Program-made: the position numbers and the translations under genes
The notes under the pieces: model-generated
Seen by the model: only the letters and a program-made list of their open reading frames with translations
What the model was told of the DNA's origin: nothing
The model's database searches: none
Assembly (NCBI RefSeq): GCF_009914755.1
Contig: NC_060934.1
Strand: one strand, 5' to 3'
Source: the human T2T-CHM13v2.0 reference genome, Homo sapiens
Length of the DNA: 64,000 nucleotides
Part shown: piece by piece, positions 1 through 17,749 of the stretch
How positions within the stretch are numbered: position 1 is the first letter of the stretch
How the letters are laid out: every line of letters begins with the position of its first letter

Positions 1-1495
1 GGTTGTGTTCTTAGGCAAGGACAATTTAAAAGAACCCCAAATGATTACCTTGAATTAAGGTAAACACTGGTAAAAAAAAAAGAGCAAAAAGGGCAATTTT
101 TTCCTTTAGTATATTAAACAATGTTGTTTCTAACATTCCCTCACGTTTAGACTACTCTGAAAAATCCTTAGAGTGGTTGTGTAATGTGTTTAAGTTTTTT
201 CGATTTCCAAGCATTAAGTCTGGCTCCACTAAAACGGTTGTTTGGTTCTATTTTAGTCTGTCCCTATCTGTCCTACTGCTACCACTTTGTGTTGTTTTGT
301 TTTCTGTTATAATGAATACAACAGTCCCACTTCATTCTCAGTTCTAATTAACGTTATCCAGCCTCTAAGTGTTAGCATCTACTTTGCTTTTGGTTATAGG
401 ATCAACGATAAACAGCTAACTGTTGTGCAGACTGAAATCCCTAATTAGTAAAGCACAAGATTTTATTGGTTATATATTTTTCTAAACTATAGACTTGATT
501 TTGTTGCAAACCTTACATGTAGAAAAAAAATTTTGTAATGGCACTGTTTTTATTTTTGGTGATACTATAGTCTGGAACATGTGGCCCAGCAAAGGTTATA
601 AATCTAGCAAGAAAAATTATGGATGGCATCAATTTTAACAGTCTTTGCGATCTAACAGAGCATAAACCCCAAATTGTTTAAATACTAAATATTTACTTAA
701 AGAAAAACAAGAGATCATTCAAAAATAGAATTTAAATAGTGAATTTGCCTTTTATTTAAAAGTTGACAAGTTTTGTATATTTATAAAATTAACAAAATTG
801 ACATCATACTATCCATATCACAAGACTCTTGTGTTGTATTTTAAAGGAAAACACACACACAGCATACATACATTTGGATTGGGGCCAGATTTAGACTCCA
901 GGGGCACAGTGTTCTGTACCTTAAATTACAATCAGATGTATTTTAGCACAGATCAAATTTTCAGTCTGAAGTTGGTGAGAAGCCTAATTATTTGACCAGG
1001 TTACTATTTATGTAGACCATTCTGTGGCTGGCTGTGGTTAATCCACAGCTGGCAGAATGCTAGCTATGGGAGGTTTTTATTTGATGCTGGAACAGTTTGG
1101 GGAGAAATAGAGGGGGAAAGCTTTAAAATCTTCTCATTAAATGAAAGACTAAAAAGCAAGACAGTACATCCATATTACTATGGAGACAAGATGCTGTATA
1201 AACTGTTCGTTTTAATTCTCCAAGTGACAGAAATAGCAAAGCAGCAGCTTGGATGCTCATAGTTTGCAAGTGATAGGATACTTGGTTAAAAAAGAAAGAT
1301 AAAAACATTTAAAAATAATAACTAAGACTAAGATTTGTTGCCTCTTAGAACACTTGAATATTGGTAAAGAATTAATGGATTCAATTTTTAAATGATGAGA
1401 AATATTGTTATTATACAAAAACATTTTGTATTTCACTAAACATACTAAAACATTTAGAATTTCACTAGCAGTACTTTAAAGTGATAAGAGGCAGT

Positions 1496-1950
1496 TGTAG
1501 GGGAGAAAAAGTAACATATTTTCCTCATCCATCGCAAGGGTCATGACTGAACCCTCTGTAACGAAACAGATTAACAAGAGAAAAGCATAATTTATTTAAC
1601 AAAGTTTTACATGACACAGGAGCCTTCAGAAATTAAGACCCAAAGACCAGCAAAAACTGTATTTTTATGCGAAGTCTGATGAAAGACATGGATAGTTGTA
1701 GAGAAACATTAGACAAAAGGGGTATGATCTAATGGTAATAAACCTAGGGTTGAAGGATGTGGAAGCCAGCAAGTCCTGTCTGTTAGATTATTCTTGGCCA
1801 CCAGGTATAGGACAGGACCCCTTTGGAAAAGGGTTTTATGGCCAGCTTTCACACAGAAAGGTGGGAGAAGGTCAGAGTGACCTTGCTTCTGCGGGTTTTC
1901 TCAATTGCTAGGGGGCCATATTTTGGGGTATTGTATTCTGGGCCCTGACA
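1496..1950 (-). mobile_element. ERV1-class solo LTR (MER31/MER67-like)
   Basis: About 455 bp with TG...CA ends and near-matching 4-bp flanks (cagt/caat). The internal motif acagattaacaagagaaaagcata...gacacaggagccttcagaaa resembles recalled MER4-group LTRs. Subfamily and strand are uncertain. Confidence 0.55.
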
Positions 1951-2514
1951 CAATTATAGTAGACGATTCTCTCTTAACGTCTCAGAATATGTATAAAGGC
2001 AATAAACCCTTCCTTAAAAGATGGACCCCAATACACATGGCTCCTGCCACTAAATTAATTTTTTTAGTCTTCTTATTGTAGTCTATTTGAAATTTGAAAG
2101 TAATATTTTAAAAGATTTTTTTTTCTTTTTAAACTTTTCAGAGTTTGCATTATGGAAATCGTTGGTCCCTCAGTTATAAGTGAATATCTCAGTAGCATTT
2201 TTGTAACTTTTAACAGAAGTTTCTTTTATATTTTCAAGGTTATTTCTTCCATTTATAAGCCAGTTCTTCTCCCCTTCTAGTTTCCAGTGCTCCCACTTCC
2301 TCTAGTTCTTTGCTCTAATTATCCTCTCTCCCTTGCCTCTTCATTCTTCTATTTCTCCAATAGATCCTTTTCTTTGAAAAGCAAAATCTTTCCAACTTTC
2401 CCTGCCCTTAAAAGCAAATCTCTTCTTTCCTCCCTTCCCTGCCCACCCTTCCCCGCAAAAAAGCGTTTGTGCCTTTTCCTCCTCTTATTATCTGCTCAAA
2501 TTAGCAACATATCT

Positions 2515-2720
2515 GGAGTCATATGAATCCAGGCTTCATCACATGTAAGCTGTGTGTCCTAAGAAACATCTCTTAACTTCTCTATCTTGCTTTATTTATC
2601 AAAAGAAACTAATATGTCCACCTCATAGGTTTGATGTAAGGAAAAAACAATAACTGAGTTGCTGTATAGTATAGTGCCTGGGACACAATAATTACTCATT
2701 ACATTTCAGATGGTTTTATT
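2515..2720 (+). mobile_element. MIR (ancient SINE)
   Basis: Degenerate MIR core: gaatccaggct...agctgtgtgtcct...cttaacttctct...cctcatagg...agtgcctgggacac. Confidence 0.55.
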
Positions 2721-3868
2721 ATCATTACTGATGAAGCTTTGAAAATAATTATTCTTACCTTACTTTCTCACCATTCCTTTTTTAACAACTACTTCTACCA
2801 TCATACTAAGTGCTTTCTGTTAATCATCAAATCTTATGACTTTTACTCATTCCTTTCTTTCTCTACTTCCCCATAGCACCTTCTTAAAATTTCCCTTGCT
2901 TAGTTTCTCCACCATCACTTCTCCTCTCCTCATTTGGCCTCCTCTTGTTTCCTCCTTTTCCTTTTTTATTTCCTCTAATTTTTGTTCTCCATTTTTTCCT
3001 TCGTCGTCTTTTGTTCTGTGTTCTCTGCCTTGGGAATTACACCACCTCTTTGACCTCACCTCTTTCATGACCTTTCCTCTAAGTCCAACTTTCTGGTAGA
3101 TACTTAGAGATCCCTTAGAACCTCAACTGTAGTATGACCACAACTAAACACTCTTTACCATCTAAGCCAGATCTTATTCTGGAATTTTCCACTTTTATTA
3201 ATGGTAGAACCAGATTCAAAAATCTCAATCATCTTTTGACTCTTTTCTTCTTTGCCTTCCACATCTTAAACAATTGCCAAGTCCTGTATGTAGTACTCCT
3301 AATATGGTTTTCTTTTACACAGCCAAATGTAGACATTTATTAACTGTTGCTGAATTGTTGCTGCCCAGGTTAACTTTGCTTTAAATTTTCCCATAAGCTT
3401 GTTATTCCTTCCTTTCACGGAAATATTCATTACCCATGATCCACCCCTACCCCTCTTGCACATTGCCCACCAAATAGATTCCTACCCTGCCATCCAAGGC
3501 CCTTTGTATTCTTAACTTCGCCGACCTTTTCAAGTCTCTATTATTGCCCTTTGTGTATTCCTTTACTTGTTTGTGCACCATCCAAACTAATTTCCTGTAT
3601 ATACATGTATGTCTTTGCTTATGCTTTCCTCTAGAAAGCATGAATATGTTTTAATAAGACTTTCATTAATATTAAAGCTGTACATAAATAGCATTTTAAA
3701 TGCAGCTTTCCTGACATGAAATTTTAAAGAAATTTAAAGAAAATTTTAAAGAAAAATTAAATATTTTTCTTTTGCATTACTGCATTCTTTTCTCATTATT
3801 TGAAAATTCTAATTCAGAATCTTCCTCAAAAATCAATTTAGATATTTCTTAAGGTAACAAGTTATGAT

Positions 3869-4169
3869 TGATTGATTGATTGATATAGAGACAAGGTCTC
3901 CGTGTATTTCCCAGGCTGGAGTGCAGTGGTGTCATCTCGGCTCACTTCAACCTCCACCACCTGGGCTATAGCAATCCTCCCGTCTCAGTCTCATGAGTAG
4001 CTGGGACCACAGGCACACACCAACACACCCAGCTAATTTTTGAAATTTTTGTAGAGACAGAGTTCCGCCATGTTGCCCAAGCTGGTTTGGAACTCCTAGA
4101 CTCAAGTGATTGGCCCACCTTGGCCTCCCAAAGTGCTGGAATTCCAGGTGTGATTCATTGTACCCAGCC
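3869..4169 (-). mobile_element. AluJ-type SINE with (ATTG)n tail
   Basis: Full antisense Alu dimer; TSD aagttatgat at 3859-3868 and 4172-4181. Confidence 0.9.
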
Positions 4170-4227
4170 AGAAGTTATGATCTTAATTAACAGATTATTT
4201 TAAAGTCACTTATAAGAATACAAACTC

Positions 4228-4349
4228 AGCCAGGCTCAGTGGTGTGCACCTGTAATCCCAGCTACTTGGAGGGCTGAGGTAGGAGGATTGCTTTATCCCA
4301 GGAGTTCAGGACCAGCCTGGGCAATATAGTGAAACCTTATCTCAAAAAA
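4228..4349 (+). mobile_element. FLAM (Alu monomer)
   Basis: Single Alu arm ending in an A tract. Confidence 0.85.
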
Positions 4350-4627
4350 TATATATTCCAAACTGTTTGTAAGAAGCTAAAAGGATTCAGTTTGCCTTCA
4401 TAGTACAATTTCCCTAATTCGAATGTAATTATTGTCTTGAATGAGACCTTTCAAACATTTTTTCTTTCATGAATTTCCAGAATTCTTTAGTATTGAGCAT
4501 ATAAACCTAGTATGAAATAAGTAATGCTTTATTCTCTGAAGTAATGGCATGTATCAAGCATATGGTACTCATATGATCAAATATCCTTCCAGTCAAATGT
4601 TGCTATTTTCTGCCTTGCATCTTATAA

Positions 4628-4987
<360 letters not shown>

Positions 4988-5114
4988 TAAATTAAATCCT
5001 AAATTTTTGTGTAAATGTCCTTGAGAATTGTGCAACAAAATTGCCTCAATGTCAACTGCTCTCAGTATTTTCAATATTTCCTTCAGTATATACTAACTTC
5101 TTTCTTAGTGAAGC

Positions 5115-5431
<317 letters not shown>

Positions 5432-6556
5432 CAACATTTATTTTTTTAAGGTGTTTGACGTTTGATTTACTTATAGTAAGAGTCATCCTTTTTACTGTAA
5501 TTTCTGTGAGTTTTTACAGATGGATACCTGTCCTGTTACTATGACCACAATCAGGATAAAAAAGCACATTCATCACTTTTTTAAGTCTCTTCAGAGTCTA
5601 AGTCCATTTGATATTTGTTTAATAAATTATGAGTAAATTTTGATATATTACATTTATATTTCTTTATTAATAATATTTTTAAAATATTGTCTGTTATAGT
5701 TGAAGGTGATAAAATGGAATTTCATCTCAACAAGTACAGTTTTTTCTTTCTACCAAGAATGTATTTTCTTCCATTCTAAATTATGGAAATGCTTATTTAC
5801 TTAAATGCTTATTTACTTTGATTGCTTGTTTACTGTTTATACCTCTTATTTACTGTTTATACCTCTTTAAAAATCCATGAAAGAGGAAAAAATCCTTCAG
5901 TGTGTCTTCCTATGACTTGGCCATGTCACTTGATGGTTTAATGTATACAATGAAGGTATTGTATTAATCATCCCAGAAGTTCATTCTGATTCTAATTCCA
6001 TAGTTCTAACATAGTTTGAATATATTCATCAATTTTATATCTAATAACTGCCATCTGCCTAGAATAACATAAAAATTGACCTGGAAGTTTACGAGATCAC
6101 CTGGGTAAAGATTAAAGGATGATCCATAGAAATAATATCACAGTGTATCTGCAAAGGTGATGGTTACATTGGTTATAAATGGTGACATTGGAAGGAAATG
6201 CTATATTCTTGATAATTCACAAATTGAGATACTGGCAAGAAATAGTGGTAATAGCCAAGTGCCATATAACTGCTAGAAGCCTAATTTGACTAAGATCTAC
6301 CATTTAGTTTTTCCTTATTAACAGTTTTATTTTGTAAAGGGTAAAAGAAGTAAATGGGAAAAGTGCTATTCAAGCCTTTTGAATAACATTAAAGCATTGG
6401 TCTCAGTAGTCTTGAGAATCATTGGGAGAAGTTAACATTTGGTCTCAGAGTTCTAAATAGTCAAGAAAGATCAGACTGGCAGCACTTAAATAAGTTCTCT
6501 AGAGTTTAAGAGACAAATCTTAAAACTTTTAAAAAAGATAAATATGATTCCAAAGA

Positions 6557-7784
<1,228 letters not shown>

Positions 7785-7949
7785 AGCTCAAATTTGTAAA
7801 AGACATGTAAAAAGAAGGTGGAAAATGTATTTAGAATCAGGGAATGATGCTAAAAGTTTGGTAGAGACAAAAGAGAAAAGAAAGTCCCAAAAGTGGTTTA
7901 AGTTTGCAGCAGATGCTGATGATATCAAAACAATCTTCACTTAAAAAAA

Positions 7950-9010
7950 AAAAAAGACTCCAAAGTACAAGCAACAAATGGAAAAAATAGATAAATTAGA
8001 CATCATCAAAATTAACAATTTTTGGGCATCGAAGGACACTAACAAGAATGTGAAAAGACAACTAGTGGAATGGGAGTTAATATTTGCAAATCATATATCT
8101 GATAAAGGATTCATATTCAGAATATTTAACACAGTAACAACTCAACAATAAGCAAACTAACAACATAATTCAATAATGATCAAAGGAATTTAATAAACAT
8201 TTATTCGAAGAAGATATACAGATGGCCAGTAAACACATGAAAAGATGCTCAACATAACCATTCAAGAAGTGCAAATCAAAACCAAAATTAGATACCACTT
8301 CACACCCATCAGAATGACAATTGTTTTAAAAAATGGAAATTAACAAGTATTGGTGAAGATGTGGAGAAATTGGAAACACTTGTGTATTGCTGGTGGGAAT
8401 GTAAAATGGGAATGTAGAAGACAATTTGGTGGTTCCTCAAAATGTTAAACATAGAATTATTACCATATGATCTAGCAGTTCTACTTCTAGGTATATTACC
8501 CAAAATAACTGAAAGCAGGGACTCAGATAATTGTACACCAATGTCCATAGCAGCATTATTCACAATAGCTAAGATAGAAGCAAATCAAATATTCATCAAC
8601 AGATGAATAAACAAAATTTCATGTATATATACAATGGAGTATTATTTAGCCTTAAATAAAATTTTGATACATGCTACAACATGAATGAATTTTGGAAATA
8701 CTATGTTAAGTAAAATAAGCCAGACACATCAGACAATTATTGGATTTTCTAAGAAGAATTCCACTTACAAGAAGTATCTAGAATAGGCAAATTCATAGAG
8801 ACACATAGTAGGATAGTGATTACCTGGGAGTGGGGTGGGGAGGAATGAGGCATTATTGTGTAATAAGTACAGAGCTTCTGTTTGGGATGATGAAAAAGTT
8901 CTGGAAATGGATAGTGGTGATAGTTGCGCCACACTGTGAATGTATTTAGTGCCAATGAATTGCATACTTAAAATGGAAAATTTTATCATATGTATAGTTT
9001 ACCACAATTT
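7950..9010 (+). mobile_element. Old L1 (L1MB-like) 3' fragment
   Basis: Degenerate ORF2 C-terminus (catgaaaagatgctcaaca...gcaaatcaaaacca) and L1MB-type 3' UTR (gggatgatgaaaaagttctggaaatggatagtggtgat). Confidence 0.85.
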
Positions 9011-10118
9011 TTTTGAAAAAGTTTTATTCTACAAATCAGTAAACTTAAAAGTTGGATCACAGCTTAGCATAGATTATTAAAGGAATTATTTTTCCCCACC
9101 TAGAAGAGGAAGTGGTAAAACTGTAAGCTGCTACGTGGCTGTAAGTCATGGGGCAAGAAAATCTTTTCTCTTTTGGTATGATTATTGTTCATTTGAATTC
9201 GCTTCAAGAGGTATTTATATAGTACCTAAGTACCTATTATGGCAGACCAATAAGCAGTGGATACATAGTATATTTTAGAACATCTGTCATTACGTGGACT
9301 ATAGAATAATAAAGATTGGCTATAAGACAATTAGAGGTATTTGGTATTTTATTGAAGCAGTCTCAAAAGGTCTGTTGATAAATAAATTGATTTCTAGGGG
9401 TACGCCTCAGTGTTTACCCTGCCTTTGCTTAAGTAAACAGTGATTTAGATAAAGCTATATTTGCATATAATTCAAATGCAAATAATACAACACCTTAATA
9501 CATACTAGGTAAGTTGAAGGTCAAAATCAGATTTTTTTAAATGTTAGTAGACTCTAAATATCAGTTGAGTGATGAAATTTAATAGGGATAATAAAAATTA
9601 TATCGTATTTGATTATAAAAAGCAAGTAGAGTAAAATGCTTTATCCCTTTAATCTCATCATCCATTGTTTTTCTCCTTGAATACTATAGTGATAATGTTA
9701 TCTTCAGTTTTCCAGGAAAAAAGAGACATTTTACTTCTAAAATGTGACGAAGGATAAAATATAGTTATCAGAGAATATACGTAGGATTCTTTAATATTTC
9801 CCCCCTCAAAAAAATAAAGTATACTGTGTTTAGTATAAATTTTTAAAATGTCAAAACTCAGCTAAAATCAAACACACTTGGCCCTTATTTTCTACATGTC
9901 ACCTTCCTCTTGTCAGAGGATTGTACAGTAGTAATGATGATTTAAAACTTCTGATAGCCTCAATATTTAAAAAAAATAATACCTTGTCCACAAAGATTAT
10001 TTCTTCACAGGCAATGATCAATGATCCCTGTGAGACAAGAAATAAATAAGATAAACCTGATGATTACCCCAGCTAACTCCTTGGAGATAATTTCCAGGCA
10101 ACAGAAGAAAGGTAACTA

Positions 10119-10570
<452 letters not shown>

Positions 10571-11002
10571 TCAGCTGAGTATGAATCAGTGCATTTTTGT
10601 GAAGAAATTAAGGAAGACCACAAAAAGAACCACCTAAAAAGATTGTAGAAGACAATCCTCAGTGCACACATGAGGACCTATAACCATTCCTATCCTACTA
10701 GTCAGAGTGGATAACCTCGTAATTCACGAGGCTTCAAGTAGAGTATTAAAAGGAATTTTGTCTCATTAGCAGGTTAAAATCAGCTCTAGACTAGATGTTC
10801 TGGTCCCTCCTGTCAATATTATTACAATATATTTGACAACCTTTATGAAATGGACAAATTTGTTAAAAGACACAAAGTACTAAATCATACTCAAGAAGAA
10901 ATAGAAAAAGTCTGTTTAGATTATTAAAGAAATTGAATTTGTAGTTAAAACCCTTGCTACAAAGAAACTTCAAAGGCTGAATTGCTTCAGTGTTTAATTC
11001 TT

Positions 11003-11307
11003 TTCTGTTTGTTTGTTTGTTTGTTTTGAGACAAGGTCTCACTCTCTCACCCAGGCTATAATACAATGGCACAATCATGTCTCACTGCAAGCTCAAACTC
11101 CTGGGTTCAAATGATCCTCCTACCTCAACCTCCCGAGAAGCTAGGACGACAGGTGCAAACCACCACAGCTGGCTAATTTTTAATTTTTGTAGAGAGGAGG
11201 TCTCGTTTTGTTGCCCAGGCTGGTTTCAACCTCCTGCACTGAAGCGAGTCCTTCTACCTCAGCCTCCCAAAGTGCTGGGATTACAAGCATGAGCCACTGC
11301 ACTTGGC
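11003..11307 (-). mobile_element. AluJ SINE
   Basis: Antisense Alu with (TTTG)n tail. Confidence 0.9.
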
Positions 11308-11679
11308 AGTGTTGAATTTTAACACAGATTTCAGAAAGATGTAGTACCAATTGTATACAAACTGTCCCAGAAAATTGAAGAGGGAGAAATATACCTATCT
11401 TATTTCATGAGGTCAGCATTACCTTCATACCAAAAACAAAGTATTGCAAGAAAACTACAGACCAATATCCCTCATAAACACAGATGTAAAAATTCTTCAA
11501 ATAATTTTAGCACATCAAACCGAACAATATATTAAAAGAGTAATTCATCATGACTAGGAGTGTAGAATTGGTTTAGCATTTTGAAATCCATCAATGTAAT
11601 TAAATATGTTAAGACTAAAAAGAAAAATCACATGATTATCCTAAAAGCTTTTGAAAAATCCAGACATCTATTTCTGTTA

Positions 11680-12070
<391 letters not shown>

Positions 12071-12095
12071 TCATCTTCAAAAAGCTATTAGAACT

Positions 12096-12414
12096 GGCTG
12101 GGCATAGTGCATCACGCCTGTAATCCCAGCACTTTGGGAGGCCGAGGCTGGTGGATCATTTGAGGTCAAGAGTTCTAGACCAGTGTGGCCAACATGGCAA
12201 AACCGCGTCTCTACTAAAAATACAAAAATTAGCTGGGCATGGTGGCACACGCCTGTAATTCCAGCTACTTGGGAGGCTGAGGCAGGAGAACCCGGGAGGC
12301 TGACCTGAGGCAGGAGAACCCAGGAGGCGGAGGTTGCGATGAGCCGAGATCATGCCACTGCACTCCAGTCTGGGCGACAGAGCAAGACTCTGTCTCAAAA
12401 AAAAAAAAAAAAAA
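12096..12414 (+). mobile_element. AluS SINE with internal duplication
   Basis: TSD aaaagctattagaact on both sides; gaggcaggagaacc segment duplicated. Confidence 0.93.
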
Positions 12415-14656
12415 AAAAGCTATTAGAACTAAGTGACGTAGCAAGATTGTAGCATACAGAATAAAAAATTTAAATCTCAAATGTATTTTTCTATATTAGC
12501 AAGAAACAACCAGAAATTTAAAAATACGATTTCCAATACCATCAAAAAGTATAACAAAGTATTTACTTTGGGATAAACCAGACCAAAGATGTATACACTG
12601 AACACTACAAAACATTGTTGAAAAAATTTAAGAAGACCCAAATGGGAGATATATCATGTTCATAGATTAGAAGACTCTGTATTGTTAAATATAAATTCTA
12701 CTCAAAATAATCTATAGTTTAGTGTAATTCAGTCAGAATTTCAGAAGTTTTTTTTAAAGTCAAGTTGATTCTAATATTTATATGGAAAAGCACTGGACTA
12801 GAGTAGCCAAACCAACGTGGATTTTAAAAACCAAATCAGAAGACCTTTACATGATTTGAAGACTTATTACAAAGCTACAGTAATCCAGACAATGTGGCAT
12901 TGGTGTAATGATAGACAAATAGTCAATGGAACAGAAGGGAACGTCCAGAAATAGACCTAAATTTATTTTTCAACAATGTTTCAGAGGCTTTTTCATGGAG
13001 GAAGAAAACAGTCTTTTTGACAAGTCGTTCTGGAGCAATTAAATATCCATATCTAAAAACGCAAACTTCAACCCACGTAACAAACAACTGCACGGCTATT
13101 AGAATGTCTGAAAGTGTGACCATACCAAATATTGGTAAGGATATATGGAGCAGCTAGAATGTAAAATGGTACAACTACTTTGGAGAATGGTGTTCTTGTT
13201 TCTTACAAAGTTAAATATACATCCTCCAAATGACCTAGCTATCCCACTCCTAGATATTCACCCAGGACAGATGAAAGCATCTGTCCATGTAAAGACATAC
13301 ACAGGTGTTTATAGCAGCTTTATTTGTAATGGCCAAAGTCTGGAAAACAAACCAAACATCCACAACTAGTAACTGGTTAAACAAATTGTGATATTTCCAT
13401 AGAATAGAATACTACTCAACTATAAAAGAATTGTACTATTGATAAGAAATGAACCAACAGCATAGAAGAATTTTAGAATACCTATGCTGAGTGTAAGATA
13501 CTGTAAAGTACATTCTATATGATTCTATTTATATTCTAGAAAGTGCTAACAAATTTATGGTGATGGCAGATCCATTGTTGTCTGGGGACAGGGTTATGCT
13601 ATGAGGCAGTGATCACAAACGGGCATGAGGAAACTTTTAGGAGTAATAGATGTGTTCCCATTGAGGTTGTGGTTGCAGTACTTTATACATACGTCAAGTT
13701 TTATCTAATTAAACACTTTTAGTTTGTGCAGATAATTGTATGTCAGTTATACCTCAGTAAAGCTATTAAAATGAATATATACTTTGATTCCATTTATATG
13801 TTTAAAAGTAGGAAACATTATTCTAAAGCCATTAAGTTCCAAAAATACACTGCTAAAATGAAGAAGTGCCAATTTGTTATTTTTTGATCACCATATATGA
13901 AACTTCTGTTATTTCCATGGAAGATCCCCTTATATTTAAGTAGCAATGTCAAGCCAGAGGAAGAGTGTTTTGATAGTCCTGGGTTCTAATCATGACAACT
14001 AAAAATTATCATAACCTACCATTGAATAATGCTTTAAAGTTAAAAAGGGTATTCACAAAAACCGTCATTTAATCTACAAGGCAATTCCATGTGTTTTTCT
14101 AATGCATGTAAAGTTTCAGCTTGGCTCATGGAATATATTCTCAATTTTTGTTAGGTAATGTTGGTAGTAGTTTTAGGAGTATTGATCATGTTATCTATTA
14201 AGTTTCACTTCACTTTAACTTGCTTTGATAACTCACACTCTTCATTCATTCCTGTTAAAACATAATGAATATAGTACCAAGTGCATGAGGGAAAACTCAC
14301 AGCTATTGGGCTGCTCTCTGCTATACCACCTTACTTCTGTTCCAACAAAGTTATTTGCTTACAAAAGTTAATTATGTTTTTCCTAAACTTGGTGAAATTT
14401 GTGTTCATTATTTAATTATTTAACATTATATATTCTGATGAAATATGAATGCAAGTAGAATGAGAATTAGTTTAATGAGTTAAGGTTGGTTCCAAAACTA
14501 AATACATATGAGTTATTTTTAATGTTGCTATTGAATTGGATGTGGGCATGAAAAGTATAAAAGATTAAAGGCAGTAAAAAGCTGTAAACATCTGTATTCA
14601 GGAGTGCTTCATAGGTGTTTTTATGTTTTCTCTCTGCTTTAAAGAAGTTGAAACTA

Positions 14657-15023
<367 letters not shown>

Positions 15024-15058
15024 TCAGTCTGTAGGCATGCTCAAAGGTTTTGACCCTA

Positions 15059-15364
<306 letters not shown>

Positions 15365-15949
15365 TGACCCTATTTTAAATATTAGCAAATGATGTATCTT
15401 TATATATTAAAATAAAATGTTTAGATTATGAAAGCTATTTTTTGTTCCCTTAATTTAATCATCACTCTGATTTATTTATCAACTACTATTCCTTTTCCTC
15501 ATCTGTAAATTGAGGGGATTTGCATAGAAATACTAGATAATCTTTTAAATTTTTTCTTAAAGCTTAAACATGTTATAAAACTGATGATTCATTTTTTTTC
15601 CACATTCTAAGATTAATACTGTTAGATTTTATTATAAATTAATAAAGTTCCTCTTTTAACATGTAAAATAATGCCTGACATTTCTTTTAGGTAGTTCTGA
15701 TTTTTTATTATGAGTGTAGCCTTAACTGTAGTGCCTTTGAAGCTGAATTCTCCCCATTTGTGACCCCAGTATTCCTTTTTTGTTTAGTGAACCTAGGGGA
15801 AATGATATTTCTCTCCAAAAAATACCTGAAAATATTTGGTTAGACACGTGCTGGGACAAAAAGTGAAGTATCCACAGTAATACCATTGCTATGTTCTTGT
15901 GATATAACCAGATTATAATTACTAAATGATACAATTTACTTTCTTTTTT

Positions 15950-16660
15950 TAATTCTGGTAAAAAAAAAAATACACAATATAAAATTTAGACCATTTTAAC
16001 TATTTTTAAGTGTACAAATCAGTGGCATTAAGTACATTTGCAATGTTGTACAGCCATCACCACTATTCCTCTCCAGAACTTTTTTTTTTTTTAATCAACC
16101 CAAGCAGAAGCTCTGTACCCATTAAACAATAACTCACTATTTCCTGTTTCCTCCTTCCTCCTCACCCTTGGTAACTGTTTTACTGTCTATCTATGAATTT
16201 GCCTATTTTAGGTACCTCATACAAGTAGGATCATACAAAAGTTGTCTGACTTAATTTCACTTAGCATAATCTTTTTAAACTTCATCCATGTTATAGCATG
16301 TTATCAGAATTTCATCTTTTTTAAGGCTGAATAATATTTCATTGTATGTGTGAAATTTTGTTTTTTGCTTCATTTTGTTGATAGACATTTAATTTGTTTC
16401 CACCTTTGATTATTATGAACAATGCTACTGTGAATGTTAATGAACAAGTATCTGTTTGAGTTCCTGCTTTTAACTCTTTTGGATATATACCTAGATGTGG
16501 AACTGTTGGATCCACAACAGGTACACCATTTTACATTCCTACCATCAATACACAAGGGTTCCAATTTCTCCACCTCCTCACCAACACTTATTTTGCATTT
16601 AAAAAATAATAGCCATCCTGCTGGGCACGAGGTGGCATCTCACTTTGGTTTTGATTTGTG
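15950..16660 (-). mobile_element. Old L1 (L1MB-like) 3' fragment
   Basis: cagtggcattaagtacatt...ccatcaccact...tccagaacttt; same family as 7950-9010, in the opposite orientation. Confidence 0.85.
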
Positions 16661-17453
16661 TGGTTTACTTTCAGCCAAGGTTCAGAAATACATAGTGACA
16701 AATTTCTGTTTCTTTAATTTAAAATCTTTGGTAACCTGTTACATTGCATTTTGTACTTTTAAATTACACATCTGAATTGATTGGTTATCCTTGTTAAAGT
16801 AGTTCCAAAATTACTGTAGTTTAAAAACTCTTTAAATATTACATTGTAGTTTTAATTTGTTTCTGACATCTTCAAAGTTTGAAATTTTCCCTTCAGCAAC
16901 AACCATTTGTTAGCTACATTCACACGAAAGCAGCTTAATAAAGGACATTCTACACAAAGGTAATTATAATCCATTGATGCCCCTTAATGCAAGCTGCTTT
17001 GTAGTCATTATCTAGCAGTAGATGACTAAAGAACTTGATTATTCTTGTTTTTCATTTTTATTAAATTAAGAAGGTTTTTTTAAATTATGTCATTTTGCAA
17101 ATGGTTCTTAGGAGTAATGCCTTTCAAGGCTCCATAATCACTAGATAATTAACCTGCAAGGATTAAGTACACTCAACTTTGCCTCAGGATGCTTAACTCT
17201 CAAATACAGTCAATTATCTCATGATAATAACTGCTTTGTCAAGAGTTACCACTTAACTCCACAGTGAAAAGTCAAATCACCCATACCATGCACTTTAAGA
17301 TAGTTTCAATAATAAAATAACAGTTTGAAATGGGGCAGAAGAATTCAGTTAAATTTTTTCATAGGGATAAGAATGATATGCTTTAGATAAAGCTCCCCCT
17401 CATATCTAGTATTTTGAATTTCACAAATGACTTCAATTTATAAAGATAATATA

Positions 17454-17749
17454 GGCCAGGTGCAGTGGCTCATGCCTGTAATCCCAGCACTTTGGGAGAC
17501 CAAGGTGGGCAGATCACCTGAGGTCAGGAGTTCCAGAACAGCCTGGCCAACATGGTGAAACCCCATCTCTAATAAACACAAAAATTAGCTGGGTGTGGTG
17601 GCACGCGCCTATAGTCCCAGCTGCTCAGGAGGCTGAGGCAGGAGAATCCTGAGAACCCTGGAGGCGGAGGTTGCAGCTAGCCAAGATCACACCACTGCCC
17701 TCCAGCCTGGCAACAGAGCGAGACTCCGTCTCACAAAAAAAAAAAAAAA
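17454..17749 (+). mobile_element. AluS SINE
   Basis: Full dimer (agatcacctgaggtcaggag) with A tail. Confidence 0.93.

Noticed and set aside
2260-3100. F/S/L/P-rich and K/E-rich ORFs
   Set aside because: By-products of a pyrimidine-rich, low-complexity strand (probably decayed L2); no recognisable protein.
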